Shown piece by piece: positions 15,911 through 27,000 of a stretch of 64,000 bases of DNA. The stretch is from Pseudomonadota bacterium (GTDB taxonomy: Bacteria > Pseudomonadota > Alphaproteobacteria > Micavibrionales > UBA2020). The position numbers and the translations under genes are program-made. Position 1 is the stretch's first letter; every line of letters begins with the position of its first letter. The DNA lies in the NCBI GenBank assembly GCA_021845905.1, contig JAJZVA010000006.1:74264-138263 (forward strand). The letters are read 5' to 3'. The notes beneath the pieces were generated by a model. That model saw only the letters and a program-made list of their open reading frames with translations, made no database searches and had not been told where the DNA came from.

Positions 15911-17768
15911 TTACACCGGCTCCCGGATCAGCGCCCGCAGCGACGGGTTCGACCGCCGCATTGATGGCGGCTGGGGCGGGTGTGCAGGCATCTTTCAACT
16001 GGACACACGCATTCCGAAGCCATTCGGGAATCTCGGACTCACTACATTGAGCCAGAAAGTCAGCGATAGCCCAATTTCCTTTGGCCCCTGCAAAATACTC
16101 CGAAAGCGCAACCGTGGCCTGCGCTCCAGGATCAGGGTACTTGGCCTTGAGGTGCGGAGGCCACGTGATGAGGTTCACGAACCGTTTTAGAGCCGCCTCG
16201 GTGGTGCCTTTCAGCACCATGGCCTCGAATCCTTTTTCCTCGTGCATCAACGACAACTCGACGTGGGCTTCAATCAGGGCCTTGTTCCCGTCCTCCTGCT
16301 TGTCGCAAATCGCAAAGGTGCGTTTTCCGAGGGCGCTATAAAACTGCGCCATGCCGGGGATGTTACTTTCGCTGCCGGCATCGACCGTGCAGATACCGAG
16401 TGCTTCAAGGGAGGAATAAACCTCCGGCTTTATCTCTGAAAGGCGACGGCATACCACCGGAAAGGCCGACGCCTCCGTAGCTCCTTCAGCAATGAGGATA
16501 CGGCGGGCGAGCAAACCTTCGCAGAAGCGGGTGCGGAATTCCTGCCGGTAGCGCTTGAGCTTCACGTTGTCGGGCAGCGCTATGATCTTGCGGGCGAGCA
16601 TCCCTTCTGTGTCACGCCCCAGAACGACGGTCTCCTCAAGGGCGAACTCCTCAAGCACGTATGGCGAATGCGACGTGAAGAGGGTTTGCGATGCCAGCTT
16701 CCGAACCTCGTGAACGATGCGCTTTTGGGCATAGGGCGGGATGGCCGTCTCCGGCTCTTCCATGGCAAAGATGACATTCTGCTTGTCTTCAGCGATTTGT
16801 GAGAGCATCGCCAGGACCAGCATGTTGATGGTGCCCGTCCCTTGTCGATAGAAGGGTGCGGCGTGATCGCCGTCTCCTGTGGCGATGAACGCCGTGATCA
16901 CCTTCCGCAAGTGCTCACGCGTTAAATTGGACACCTTAAGATGGGGCTTTACGCCCCATTCCTTTGGCACGTACTTCTTGAGCGCGACGCTGATGCTATC
17001 AAGTATCGGGGAAATACCAAGTTTCGGATCACTCGCAACCGAGATTCCAGACAGCGTTCCAAGTGTGTCCTCCCACATCTGCGGCCTGACTTCTTTGAGC
17101 CGCAGAATGATATCAAGCAGGCTGCCACGCTCTAAACTCAATGCGCGGGTGCCTGTCCGGAGGGAGCGGAGGTAAAGGAAGCCACATACCTGCTTGTGCC
17201 TCTTTGAGAACAGCTCTGGCGTGTCACCTTCCGTGAGACTGCGGGTAAAGAAGGTCCTGCCCTCGAAATCGTCCTCTTCCTCTTCGTACCAACCGTGGAA
17301 TGTGACGCGCAGCGCTTCGGTGATGGCGGCGCCGTCGACTCCCGCCGGGTTTGGTTCGTTGTAGAACTGGTCTGTCGCCGCGTCCCAAAACTCCGTGTAG
17401 TCGCCAAACTTTCCCTTCTGCTCGTCGGTAAGGTCCGCAACTGTCACCTCAATCTCGATTCTGGGAGCATCGGCCGCTACCTTGGTATCGTTGGCGGCGG
17501 GTTCGCCGTTATCATCAGCAGCGGGTTCAGCCGCTCCATCAGCCGGGGCCGCAACGGGCTTGACGGTATAATCACCTCTGAAAAAATCGTGCTCGTCGAT
17601 GGGTGGTTGGCGGTTGAGACGATCAGGCCCGAGCACCAGATCGAGTGCTTCGAGAATGGTCGTTTTGCCGGTGTTGTTATCGCCGATCAGTACCCCGTGC
17701 TTTGGTAACAACAGTGTTGTTGCCTTCACACCCCTGAAATTCTTGATGATGAGGCGACACGCTCTCAC
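15897..17768 (-). CDS. gajA: OLD-family ABC ATPase + TOPRIM nuclease (GajA-like)
   Basis: IIKNFRGVK...LIGDNNTGKTTILEAL N-terminus; C-terminal ILIAEGATEASAF TOPRIM-like; paired with UvrD helicase. Confidence 0.8.
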   Translation of the reverse strand: MRACRLIIKNFRGVKATTLLLPKHGVLIGDNNTGKTTILEALDLVLGPDRLNRQPPIDEHDFFRGDYTVKPVAAPADGAAEPAADDNGEPAANDTKVAADAPRIEIEVTVADLTDEQKGKFGDYTEFWDAATDQFYNEPNPAGVDGAAITEALRVTFHGWYEEEEDDFEGRTFFTRSLTEGDTPELFSKRHKQVCGFLYLRSLRTGTRALSLERGSLLDIILRLKEVRPQMWEDTLGTLSGISVASDPKLGISPILDSISVALKKYVPKEWGVKPHLKVSNLTREHLRKVITAFIATGDGDHAAPFYRQGTGTINMLVLAMLSQIAEDKQNVIFAMEEPETAIPPYAQKRIVHEVRKLASQTLFTSHSPYVLEEFALEETVVLGRDTEGMLARKIIALPDNVKLKRYRQEFRTRFCEGLLARRILIAEGATEASAFPVVCRRLSEIKPEVYSSLEALGICTVDAGSESNIPGMAQFYSALGKRTFAICDKQEDGNKALIEAHVELSLMHEEKGFEAMVLKGTTEAALKRFVNLITWPPHLKAKYPDPGAQATVALSEYFAGAKGNWAIADFLAQCSESEIPEWLRNACVQLKDACTPAPAAINAAVEPVAAGADPGAGVNEID

Positions 17769-17806
17769 ACTAAACTCCTTCTAATTGTTATGCTTACGGA
17801 GCGCCG

Positions 17807-20800
17807 TCACTCCTCCTCAAATCCTACCTTGCCGGTATCCAGCTTCAGGTCGCGCACATTCGCCCGCACGACATCGACAACATCGTCGGGATAGCCGGCG
17901 GGCGATGAGGCGTCGATCTCTAACGTCAGCTTTACCGTGGCTCCGTCGGCGCGGCTCAGCTCGAACAGGATTTCCTCGGCGATCTTGGCAACCTGGAGGC
18001 CCGCCTTATCAGGGTCCAGTGGAATCGAACCGTAGAAACGCCGCGGCTTCCCGGTTGTCGTTGCGGTTTTACCGGACTGATCGCCTACTCCCGTTGCCGT
18101 CGGACCGCCAGTGCGAGCGGAGGTTCCAGCACCTTCTGTCTTGCCAGTGGCTTCGCGTTCAGGCAATGCGCTGCGCCAGACCAGAATGCCGGTAGCGATA
18201 TTGCTGCCCAGACCGGCGGACCAGAGGGAAACGCGTTGGTATTCGCCGGACGCCTCGTCGAAGCCTTGGGCGAACGCCACGGGCGCCTCAATCTTGGCGA
18301 CAAGTTTTTCAATCGCCAGGGTGAGCGTGGCATCGTCCCGCAGGCGCGGCAGGTAGACATAAGAGGCGAACCAGTCGAGCAAAGTCGCAACCTCGATGTG
18401 CGGCTTGCTCTCTTCCCAGACCTTGCGCAACTCGGCCATGAGCGTGTCCGGCCCCAACTCATCGACGATGACGCTGTTGGCCTTGAGCTTGTCGTAAACG
18501 ACCTGGGCAATCGGCTTTCCCGGTGCCCGGTTGACAACCGAGGTATGCTCCAACTCGAAACCGCTGGCCGGACCTGTACCGTTGCCACCGTCCTGCGTGG
18601 GCACCGGATAGAGCACATGAGACCAGGTGCTGCGAATGCGCTGCGCGAGTCCTTCCGCGGATTGACGCATGCGGGCGTTGGCGTCTTCGATCTGCGCCTC
18701 GGTGAGGCCCTTCCTCATCTCCCTGTCTTCGACGATCGATTTCCAGGCAAGATACTTCCGGGCGATCTCGCGGCAGGTATCGAGTCCGCTCTCATCGGGG
18801 GCAACGAAAACCAGCGCGTTGCGAAACTTGCGCTGTCCGGTGCCGCGCCGTTGCAGCGTATCCGAAACGATGCGCTGCGCCGGGGTCCGTTCGGGACTCT
18901 TCAGGGCGTGTGGATATGTAGGCGGAACAATGAGAAGCGCGATGGCGCGCGCATCCTCCACGTCGATCAAGCTGTCGGGCGCGGCATGTACGCGGTGGAA
19001 ACTGCCCCTGTGGCTCTGCTCTTTGCGAAGAATAGAGATGATCTCAGCATCGGCGTCATCGGCGGCAACGTCGTTGGCGCGCTCGTCGGCAATCCGGTTA
19101 AGCGTCGGCTGCGTTGAAAACCAATAGCGGTCTCCTTCGCGGTAAAGATAGGCGGAGCGCTCCGACAGCTCGCGCAACGCATCGCCGAATATCGAAATCT
19201 GATCGCCGGGCTGCGCACAAGCGAGACGGAGCGAAGGCCCGGTCAAGCCGCCGCGCGACGATCCGCGATGGGGCGCGGTCGCAAGGAACACGGCCCGCGC
19301 GGCCCGCGTCACAGCGATGACATCGCCAAAGCGCTTACGCGAAGCCTCGATCTTGACCGGCAGGGCGAGTTCGCCATCGACCTCGCCCTGAAGGATTGGT
19401 CCATAAGAGCGGTCGAGCGGTTCCAAAATGGCCGTGCGCACCTTGTCTTCGGCCAGGGGTATCAGCCCGAGGTTAATCAAGGGCGCGGTGCTCTGCCCGC
19501 GCCATAGCGCATAGATGACGTTGGCCATGATCTTGAGAATACCGCGGGTGCGCTGAAATTTTTCCAGCGTGGACCAGTCCTCGGAAAAGCGCTTCAGCAG
19601 CTCCGGGTGGATCGGATAAGCGCGCTTCATCTCCTCACGATAGGCGGGCTCCTTCACTTCCGCGGGGAAGTCGGAAGCGTTGTCACGATAGAGCTTGCTG
19701 AAGGCTTGTATGGTCGCATCGCATGCTTTCTCGCCTTCCTCGTCGAGGGGCTGGAAGAGACGCCGTCGCACAATCTCGAAGGTCTCCATACCGCTCGCCG
19801 GGGTCCACGCGGATTGCACGCGGCCGAACAGTTTTTCGAGGCGGTGGAGAGCGGCAACGCCGCGTTCGTCGCCGACTTCCATGCCGGATTCCGGGAGCGA
19901 ACCAACGACCATGGCGCCAGGCACGGCCGCCGCGGCTTCCGTCAGCGATTGAATGAAAGCGTGGAAAGACTCGTTTTCCTCACCCCGGAGCTGCTTGGCG
20001 AAGGCAACCACTTCGTCAAGCAAAATGAGACAGGGCGAAGCGAGTTCCAGAATCTGGATGAGCTTCTCGGAGCCCGGATTGGTTCGACTGGCTTCGGAAT
20101 CGGCAATGTGGTCCACCGCGTCCCAACCACCGAGCTTGTAGGCGATGTAACCCCAGGGAGTGCGGATTTCCCGGCCATCGCTCGCATGCATGACCTCGCT
20201 CGGGCCTTTGTGCGTGCCGACGAAGACAGCGCGCTGGATCGTCGGCAGCGTCGAAACCCCGGCGGCGTCGAAGATGCTTTTCATGCCGTGCAGGATTTCA
20301 GGCTTGTATCCGGCTTGCGCCGCTCCCGCCAAGTGATAGAGGGCAAGCATGGTGTGGGTTTTGCCCCCGCCGAAATTGGTTTGCAGGCCAACCACGGGAT
20401 CGCCGCCTTTCTTCGCAAAGCGTTCAATCGCATCGCGCAGAACGCGGCTCAAGCCCTCGGTCAGATAGGTGATGCGGAAGAAGGCAAGCGGGTCGGTGTA
20501 TTCTTCCGAGCCGACGCCTTGGTCCACATGGGCGAGGTTCGCTGCAAATTCGGCGTCCGTAAAGCGCGCCTCCAGAACATCGGGATGGGGCTGGGCGACC
20601 TCGCGCCAGGGGCGGAGCTTCGCCGGCGGTGGCGGTTCGTCGAGCTGCCTCGCCCCCGCCGTCGCTTCGGCTGCCGCCTCAGGGCTTGCGCGTTTCTGGC
20701 CTTCGTACAATTTATCCACGATGGCGACCTGCTCTTTGGCGCCGATGGCATCGAGCAACTCGCGGATGGCGTCGAGATAACGAAGCGCCTCGCGATCCTG

Positions 20801-21103
20801 CATCATTCCGTCGAAATGCGAGGTCGCGTTGCGGGCATCCAGTGCGAGGGAGACATAGCTGCGCGCCTTGCGCATCCGGGCGTCATGCCGGAACACCTCG
20901 CTATAGTTATCGAGGATTGTCTTGAGTAAGCCGTAGCCATCCAGCTCCGAACCGGTATCGCCGCCGGTCGCACGGCTTACATATTGACGCCAGTGATTGC
21001 CATGGCGCTGTTTCATGCGCTCGGCCACATAGGGAGACAGGCCGACGCGCAGCGCCTCAAGGGCCTGATCGACTTTCTGCTTCGCGCCGTATGCATCGCT
21101 CAT
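17807..21103 (-). CDS. HEPN-DUF499 ATPase
   Basis: N-terminal Rx4H (ARNATSH) HEPN-like motif; FGGGKTHTMLALYHL Walker A; 1098 aa; 4-nt overlap with upstream gene. Confidence 0.75.
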   Translation of the reverse strand: MSDAYGAKQKVDQALEALRVGLSPYVAERMKQRHGNHWRQYVSRATGGDTGSELDGYGLLKTILDNYSEVFRHDARMRKARSYVSLALDARNATSHFDGMMQDREALRYLDAIRELLDAIGAKEQVAIVDKLYEGQKRASPEAAAEATAGARQLDEPPPPAKLRPWREVAQPHPDVLEARFTDAEFAANLAHVDQGVGSEEYTDPLAFFRITYLTEGLSRVLRDAIERFAKKGGDPVVGLQTNFGGGKTHTMLALYHLAGAAQAGYKPEILHGMKSIFDAAGVSTLPTIQRAVFVGTHKGPSEVMHASDGREIRTPWGYIAYKLGGWDAVDHIADSEASRTNPGSEKLIQILELASPCLILLDEVVAFAKQLRGEENESFHAFIQSLTEAAAAVPGAMVVGSLPESGMEVGDERGVAALHRLEKLFGRVQSAWTPASGMETFEIVRRRLFQPLDEEGEKACDATIQAFSKLYRDNASDFPAEVKEPAYREEMKRAYPIHPELLKRFSEDWSTLEKFQRTRGILKIMANVIYALWRGQSTAPLINLGLIPLAEDKVRTAILEPLDRSYGPILQGEVDGELALPVKIEASRKRFGDVIAVTRAARAVFLATAPHRGSSRGGLTGPSLRLACAQPGDQISIFGDALRELSERSAYLYREGDRYWFSTQPTLNRIADERANDVAADDADAEIISILRKEQSHRGSFHRVHAAPDSLIDVEDARAIALLIVPPTYPHALKSPERTPAQRIVSDTLQRRGTGQRKFRNALVFVAPDESGLDTCREIARKYLAWKSIVEDREMRKGLTEAQIEDANARMRQSAEGLAQRIRSTWSHVLYPVPTQDGGNGTGPASGFELEHTSVVNRAPGKPIAQVVYDKLKANSVIVDELGPDTLMAELRKVWEESKPHIEVATLLDWFASYVYLPRLRDDATLTLAIEKLVAKIEAPVAFAQGFDEASGEYQRVSLWSAGLGSNIATGILVWRSALPEREATGKTEGAGTSARTGGPTATGVGDQSGKTATTTGKPRRFYGSIPLDPDKAGLQVAKIAEEILFELSRADGATVKLTLEIDASSPAGYPDDVVDVVRANVRDLKLDTGKVGFEEE

Positions 21104-24057
21104 GACCGCGCCTCCCCAAGATCGAACGTGCCTTGCGCTGGCCCGATCTTGCCCTGAAAATCAAGCGCCGCCTGTTCGAGGTGGGGGAATTCCTCCGCCA
21201 GAAGATTGTAGACTTGTGCCTCCTGCGCCCATCCCTTCTTTTCGCAGATGTCGTAAAGGCGGTAAGCGAGCGCCCGCGCCGCCTCGGCGTCTTCGGAACT
21301 CATTTCGGCGATCAGCGCGGCGGCGGCGGCGGTGCTGCCATCCGCTGCCTCCAGTACGCGTATCAAATGCTGCGTGCATTCCCAATGCGTAAGAGTGCGG
21401 TCCGTGCTCGGCCGCCAGCCCTCCTGCATCTCAGCACGCTTCAGAAGGCGCGCCACACCTCCCTTAGCATAGAACACGCCGGCATGTTCCAAATCGCCAA
21501 GACCAAGATTGTAAGCGTTCGCCATGCCGATGGCGTCGCCGGACTTGCCCTGCTCCACGCCGAATGCCTGAAACCAGTCGATACAGAAACGTGTCGCTGG
21601 ATCATAATGCGCATCTTCTTCGCCGAGGATTTCCTCTCGCACTTCGTTGATAAGTGCGATGGCTGTGCGCACGGTCATCTCGGAATCATCAGGCTCCAAG
21701 ACCTTCGCGTAGCTGGTGAAAATGCCCATCCCCGGCCCAAGCGCCGACTGCGCCATATCGACCGGCCCGACACCGGCCTCCTTGATCTTCTGGAGAGCAT
21801 TTGGCAGGTCTTGTTTTAAGCGCGCGGCAAATTCCCGACGGGTACTGACCGCAGCGGTCACTGGGCGCTTAGTACAAACAAGGACAATTGATGAGGCCAA
21901 AGCATTTGAGGCTTGTCCTACCATGCGACTCGCGTTTTCCGTTCGCACCGGCCAAGTCCCATCGATTATGTATCCAGCATTAACGACACCCTGTAGAAAA
22001 GAAGCCCATCCAGCCGACGTGAGTCCGTCATCAGCGATCTCGGACTGCTTGAACGCGTAGTAGATGGCAACCGGCACCTCATCTGTCGCCGCCTTGTGTA
22101 TGTTCTTCAGTGCCTTCGAAATGCCCTCCATGAAAAACTGTTCGGCTTTTTCCACAGAGCCGTGGAGGTGACGCGTTGCTACGAGTTCTTCTTCCTTCGG
22201 CGTAAGAGTTCGTCTAAATAAGTCAGGCCAAATCTGTCTTAGTGACGGCCGCAGCCAGTTATAGAAGAAATCGGCGAGAACTGCGTAGCCAATATTATCA
22301 AAATATGGAGGATCAGTACAAAATACGGAATCTGGGTCGAATGTATTTTCCTGCGCGGCCTTATTGGTAATCACTCCCTGAAGGCGATTTGACTGCCAAC
22401 ACAGCGTAGAGGCGAGCGCCTTGCACTGGCCATCCAACACGGTAAGGAAGCTGCCGGACCTTTCTCCTAGAATATTCGACTCTGCAAAGTCCCATACCAT
22501 CGCCATACCCTGTCGCGCAAAGAGCTGACGTGGACATTGAGCAATTGGCTCCCATCTACAAAGGTTGTTGTTGAGGTCAGCAGACTTGTCTATGGCAAAC
22601 GCTACATAGGTAGCGACTGCATCAGCATATGCTTCGGCGCCACGTCCACCGCTTGCCAGCGAAACGTCGTCAGGGGTCAGACCATTTCGTTGAGCGGCGT
22701 TAAGTACATTTGTCCGTAGCTCCTGGATTAAGCCTGATAACGTTGCAAGTGCGATAGTCTGCCGATCTGTGAATAGGTGCCCCCAAGTGCGTAGACCATA
22801 GGCGGAACAAACGCCTCCTGTAATCATCGCTCTGGTTGGTGTTGCTCCAGATAAAAACCGCTCTCTCGCATCGGCGACGACATCTTTCCACTCATCGGCC
22901 AGTGTGGCTCGCTCATGTAGGTTATCCGGTGCGATGTATTGTCTTCCTCCAGGTCCATCTGCAACGACTGCCATTAGTCGAACCGACAGCCTATCTGCTT
23001 TGCCTTCTGTCTGGATGTAACTTCTTGGGATCGGCGCTCCCGAGAGCAAGCAGAGGAAATCTTGTGCTTTACCGGCCTTGGTGCCTAGTTTCTTGTTCTC
23101 CTCTACCTCCTTCGTCAGGTGCCCAGATTTGATCTCAAAACGCCAGCCGTCTTGTGCAGCGGCGTCCCGCACCACCTCGACCCATGCTTGCTTGCCTTTC
23201 TTCGCCGAGAGCATGAATGAAGAAACAAGCGGCACATGCGCACCCTTTGCCATGGGGTCGGGCGAGGCAACCGTGCGCGCCCACAACCATGCGATGACAG
23301 TCGCCTCGCTGCCGTCCGGCAGTGTCGCTTTGGGATAGAGATGCCCGATGCGTTTCTCGGCCTCGCCGCGCATCCATTGGCCGTAATAGCGCATGTCCTC
23401 GGCGAGTCCCTCCGCGCCCTTCCAGGCGCGGTGGGGATCGCGGTCGGGATTTACCGGCGGGCGGCCGGCAAACTTCGGCGGGATTTCCACCAGCGCCTTC
23501 GATATCAGCACTGCCACCGGGTTGAGGTCGGAGCCGTAGGCGCGAAGCCCGAGCCGTTGCGCTTCGAGCGGGATTGAGCCGCCGCCGCAGAACGGGTCAT
23601 AGACCGGCGGAGCTTTCTCTTGCAGATATGCGACAACGGCATCGGCGTCGGATTTCGCCGGCGGTTCCTCGCCCAACCCCCAGGCGACGGAGCGCGCGAT
23701 CTCCCACCGGGCATTGTTGAGAATGTGCGCGTTGGTCGAGGATTCCCACTGCACAAGCCCACCCTCATACCGACCGGTTTTCGGGTTCTTGTGACCTGCG
23801 ATCAGGTCGTGAAGACGCTTTCTTTCCACGTTCTGCGCTTCTTCTGTCGGGAAGCGGTCCGGCCAGGATGACGGGTCATCGACAAGCTGGGCGAACAGGA
23901 CGGCACGACACGCCGCGAGCGGTCGCCGTGCCCACCAGAGATGAAGCGTGGAAGGGTGCCCATGCCGAATGGACTTCTCCCGCGCGCTCGCCTCGTTGAT
24001 GGCTTCGAGCGGGATCGAGACTTCGATGAGCTTTTTTCTTCTTACGGGTCCGCTCAT
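21100..24057 (-). CDS. DUF1156-type DNA methyltransferase
   Basis: N-terminal IEVSIPLEAINEASAREKSIRHGHPSTLHLWWARRP; DPFCGGGSIPLEA (motif I) and TDPPYFDNIGY (motif IV). Confidence 0.8.
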   Translation of the reverse strand: MSGPVRRKKLIEVSIPLEAINEASAREKSIRHGHPSTLHLWWARRPLAACRAVLFAQLVDDPSSWPDRFPTEEAQNVERKRLHDLIAGHKNPKTGRYEGGLVQWESSTNAHILNNARWEIARSVAWGLGEEPPAKSDADAVVAYLQEKAPPVYDPFCGGGSIPLEAQRLGLRAYGSDLNPVAVLISKALVEIPPKFAGRPPVNPDRDPHRAWKGAEGLAEDMRYYGQWMRGEAEKRIGHLYPKATLPDGSEATVIAWLWARTVASPDPMAKGAHVPLVSSFMLSAKKGKQAWVEVVRDAAAQDGWRFEIKSGHLTKEVEENKKLGTKAGKAQDFLCLLSGAPIPRSYIQTEGKADRLSVRLMAVVADGPGGRQYIAPDNLHERATLADEWKDVVADARERFLSGATPTRAMITGGVCSAYGLRTWGHLFTDRQTIALATLSGLIQELRTNVLNAAQRNGLTPDDVSLASGGRGAEAYADAVATYVAFAIDKSADLNNNLCRWEPIAQCPRQLFARQGMAMVWDFAESNILGERSGSFLTVLDGQCKALASTLCWQSNRLQGVITNKAAQENTFDPDSVFCTDPPYFDNIGYAVLADFFYNWLRPSLRQIWPDLFRRTLTPKEEELVATRHLHGSVEKAEQFFMEGISKALKNIHKAATDEVPVAIYYAFKQSEIADDGLTSAGWASFLQGVVNAGYIIDGTWPVRTENASRMVGQASNALASSIVLVCTKRPVTAAVSTRREFAARLKQDLPNALQKIKEAGVGPVDMAQSALGPGMGIFTSYAKVLEPDDSEMTVRTAIALINEVREEILGEEDAHYDPATRFCIDWFQAFGVEQGKSGDAIGMANAYNLGLGDLEHAGVFYAKGGVARLLKRAEMQEGWRPSTDRTLTHWECTQHLIRVLEAADGSTAAAAALIAEMSSEDAEAARALAYRLYDICEKKGWAQEAQVYNLLAEEFPHLEQAALDFQGKIGPAQGTFDLGEARS

Positions 24058-27000
24058 GCCGGCGGCCCCCCTACGGTCAGAATTTTTGTCAGGTTCAAAT
24101 TTCGTGAGACCTCCATGAATCCGGGTTCAGCACCGAAAACGCCGGTGGGGCTTCGCACATAAATGGGCGGCCGGGCGAATCCGGCTTCGACCTGCACGAC
24201 GGCAAGGATGTAGGAAAGCTCGGAGTCTTCGGTGTTGAAAGCCGTCAGCATCTCGTTGCGGGTGACGGTGATGGTATCGGCGGCCTCCGCGCGTCCCTTC
24301 ACCTCAATGAAGATCAGGTCGCCGGTCTTCGCATCGCGGCTTTCGATGTCATAGCCGCGATTTTCGGCGGACACATCGCGCGGGTCGCGCCCAAGTGCGC
24401 GCTCCGCGGCCATGACGGCTTCCATCGCGAGCTGTTCGATTTCTGCGCGGTCTTTTGCGAGTCTGGTTGCCGGACCGGACGGCTCGGAATATTTGGCGAA
24501 CCAGCCGATCGGAACCACCAGCGCCGCGCCCTGTATCTCCGGTGGCAAGGGCGCGATCTGCCGTTCCTTGGCAAGCTCGGAAAGGCGCTTGTCGAGCCGG
24601 TCGGTCAGCATCTCAACATAGCGCCGCGCATTCTGGGAATTAAGGCGTTGCTGCTTGCCGGCTTTCTCCTGCCGTTCGAGTTCGAGCGCCCGATGCTGCC
24701 AATGCAGAATTTCGCGGCGCAGGCGTTCCTTTACGGCCGTCTCGATCTTCTGAATTTCTTGCAGCCGCCGGGACTTAACCTCTTCCAGGTGGTGCGGAAC
24801 GAGTTCCGTGATGGCATATGAACGAACCGCGTCCTCGATGTTGCCGGCGAGCCAATCCTCATGCAGGAGCGGCTCAATCTGCTGTTTCTCGTCTTCCTTA
24901 ACCGGCCGGCAATCGAGATAAGGCGCTGCGCCGCCGTCCATGGCGCTGCCATTGCGGTCGAGATAAACGAATTGAAGGCGCTGCGAGATTACGCGCGGGC
25001 GTCCGTTACGCCCGACACGGCCATCACGAATACCATGTTCCAAATACACGAGGACACGGGGCTGTTCACCGCTATCGTTCTCATCAACCAGGACTGCACC
25101 CTGGCCTAACAGATTGCGATAACGATCCAGCGTCAAATCAACAGTGGCATCCAAGAGCGGGTGGCCGGGCGCGACCAGCATGGCCTGGTGCTTGCCGGGG
25201 ATATCCCCCTTGTCAAAACAGATTCGTTCATAGCGCGGGAGTACAGGATCGCCGCGACCGATGAGCCGGTCGCGGTCCCGGAGGATGGCGGGCACGCGCC
25301 TGACTTCATAGCGACCCTTTTCCCGCGGGCGCATAACGCCGCCGACTAGCGCGAACGCCTCCTCGAAAAACGAGCGGATGTAGCGCGGCTGCAAACGGCG
25401 TGCCTCTGCGCGCTCCATCTCCTCTTTGAGAGTGGTGATGGTGGCGGGATCGAGTCCTTCTTTGGTGAGCTTGCTGCGCGTAACAATCTCGTCGATATGC
25501 TTGCGGTCGATGGCGCCGTCAATCGCTGTGAAAAGTCGCTCGCGCACTTCGGGGCTTTCGCCATAGCGGATTGCTTCCATGAACATGTCGCGGAGCGCGC
25601 GCGCCTCGAACAGCTCGCCGAGCACGTCGTAGACTTTGCCGCCGAGGGTCTCGCGCGCAGTCTCCAGCTTTTCAAGCAGACGGGCATAAACTTCGCCTTC
25701 GCGGGTTTCGCCCGCGATAAGGTTCCAAAGGTGGCATACTTCAGTCTGGCCGATCCTGTGGATACGCCCAAAGCGCTGCTCCAGGCGGTTCGGATTCCAA
25801 GGCAGGTCGTAATTGACCATAAGGTGCGCACCACGTTGCAGATTCACACCTTCGCCAGCGGCGTCATTGGCGATCAGAAAGCGGACCCTCGGATCGTCGT
25901 TGAAAGCGGCGATCGCGGCGCGACGGCGATCGCGCGGCACACCGCCGTGAATGATCGCAACGGCCTCCGCCTCGCCAATTCGCCCGCGAATACGTGTGGC
26001 GAGATATTCCAGGGTATCGCGGGATTCAGTGAAGACGACGATCTTCCGGTGTACATCGTTCGCAGGGTCGTAGACGATGGGATCGTCCAGAATGCGGTCC
26101 AGCTCGCGCCACTTGGTATCTTCCCCCGAACGGCGCAGCACGCGGGCCAGCCCCTCAAGCTCTTTCAGGGACTCAATCTCAGCTTCGAGTTCGGCGATGG
26201 TGCGCGCGGCTGTCGCCTGATCGACAACCTGATCTTCGAGGTTCTCCAATTCGTCCTCGGGGGCCTCATCAACGTCTTCGTCGTCCCAGGTTGGAATGTC
26301 TGTCTTCGTTGACAAAACACCTGCCGCCTCATGGCCGCGCTTGAGCAAGCGCTCCTCCTCAAGGCGGGCTTCGAGCCGCGCAAGGCGCCGCTTCAAGGAT
26401 TCATGGATGGCGGCCGGAGACGATGCGAGCCGTCTTTGGAGAATTTGCAAGGCGAAGCCGACATTATTGCGCCGGCGGTCGCCGCCGTCCTGTATCTGGT
26501 CGGCGCGGTTCATTTCGTCGCGCACGTAACGGGTCACCGCTTCATAGAGCACGGCCTCCCGGTCCGAGAGCTTGTAGGAAACTGTGTAAGCCTTGCGCTC
26601 GGGAAAGAGCGGCGTGCCATCGAAGCGTTTGAGTTCTTCCTTGGTCAGGCGGCGGATCATGTCCGAGATATCGACCTTGTGCGCTCCCTCGCGGAAGCGG
26701 CCCTCAAAGCGGTCGGAGTCCAAGAGCCCCATGAAAAGCTGAAAATCCTCCTCCTTGCCGTTGTGGGGCGTGGCTGTCATGAGGAGAAAGTGGCGCGCAA
26801 GGGAGCCAAGAAGCTGTCCGAGCTGATAGCGCTTGGTGTATTTGACCTCACCGCCGAAGAAGTTGGCGGACATGCGATGGGCTTCGTCGCAGATGATAAG
26901 GTCCCAACCAGGCGCAGCCTTCAGTCGGTCCTGAAGGTCCTGTGCTCGGGACAGCATGTCGAGGCGGGCAATGACTCTCTGGTGTTCGGCGAAGAAATTT

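Noticed and set aside
18236-20929. Long plus-strand ORFs (293 aa, 440 aa) opposite the DUF499 gene
   Set aside because: Antisense shadows without motifs. The minus-strand gene is continuous for 1098 aa with a P-loop.
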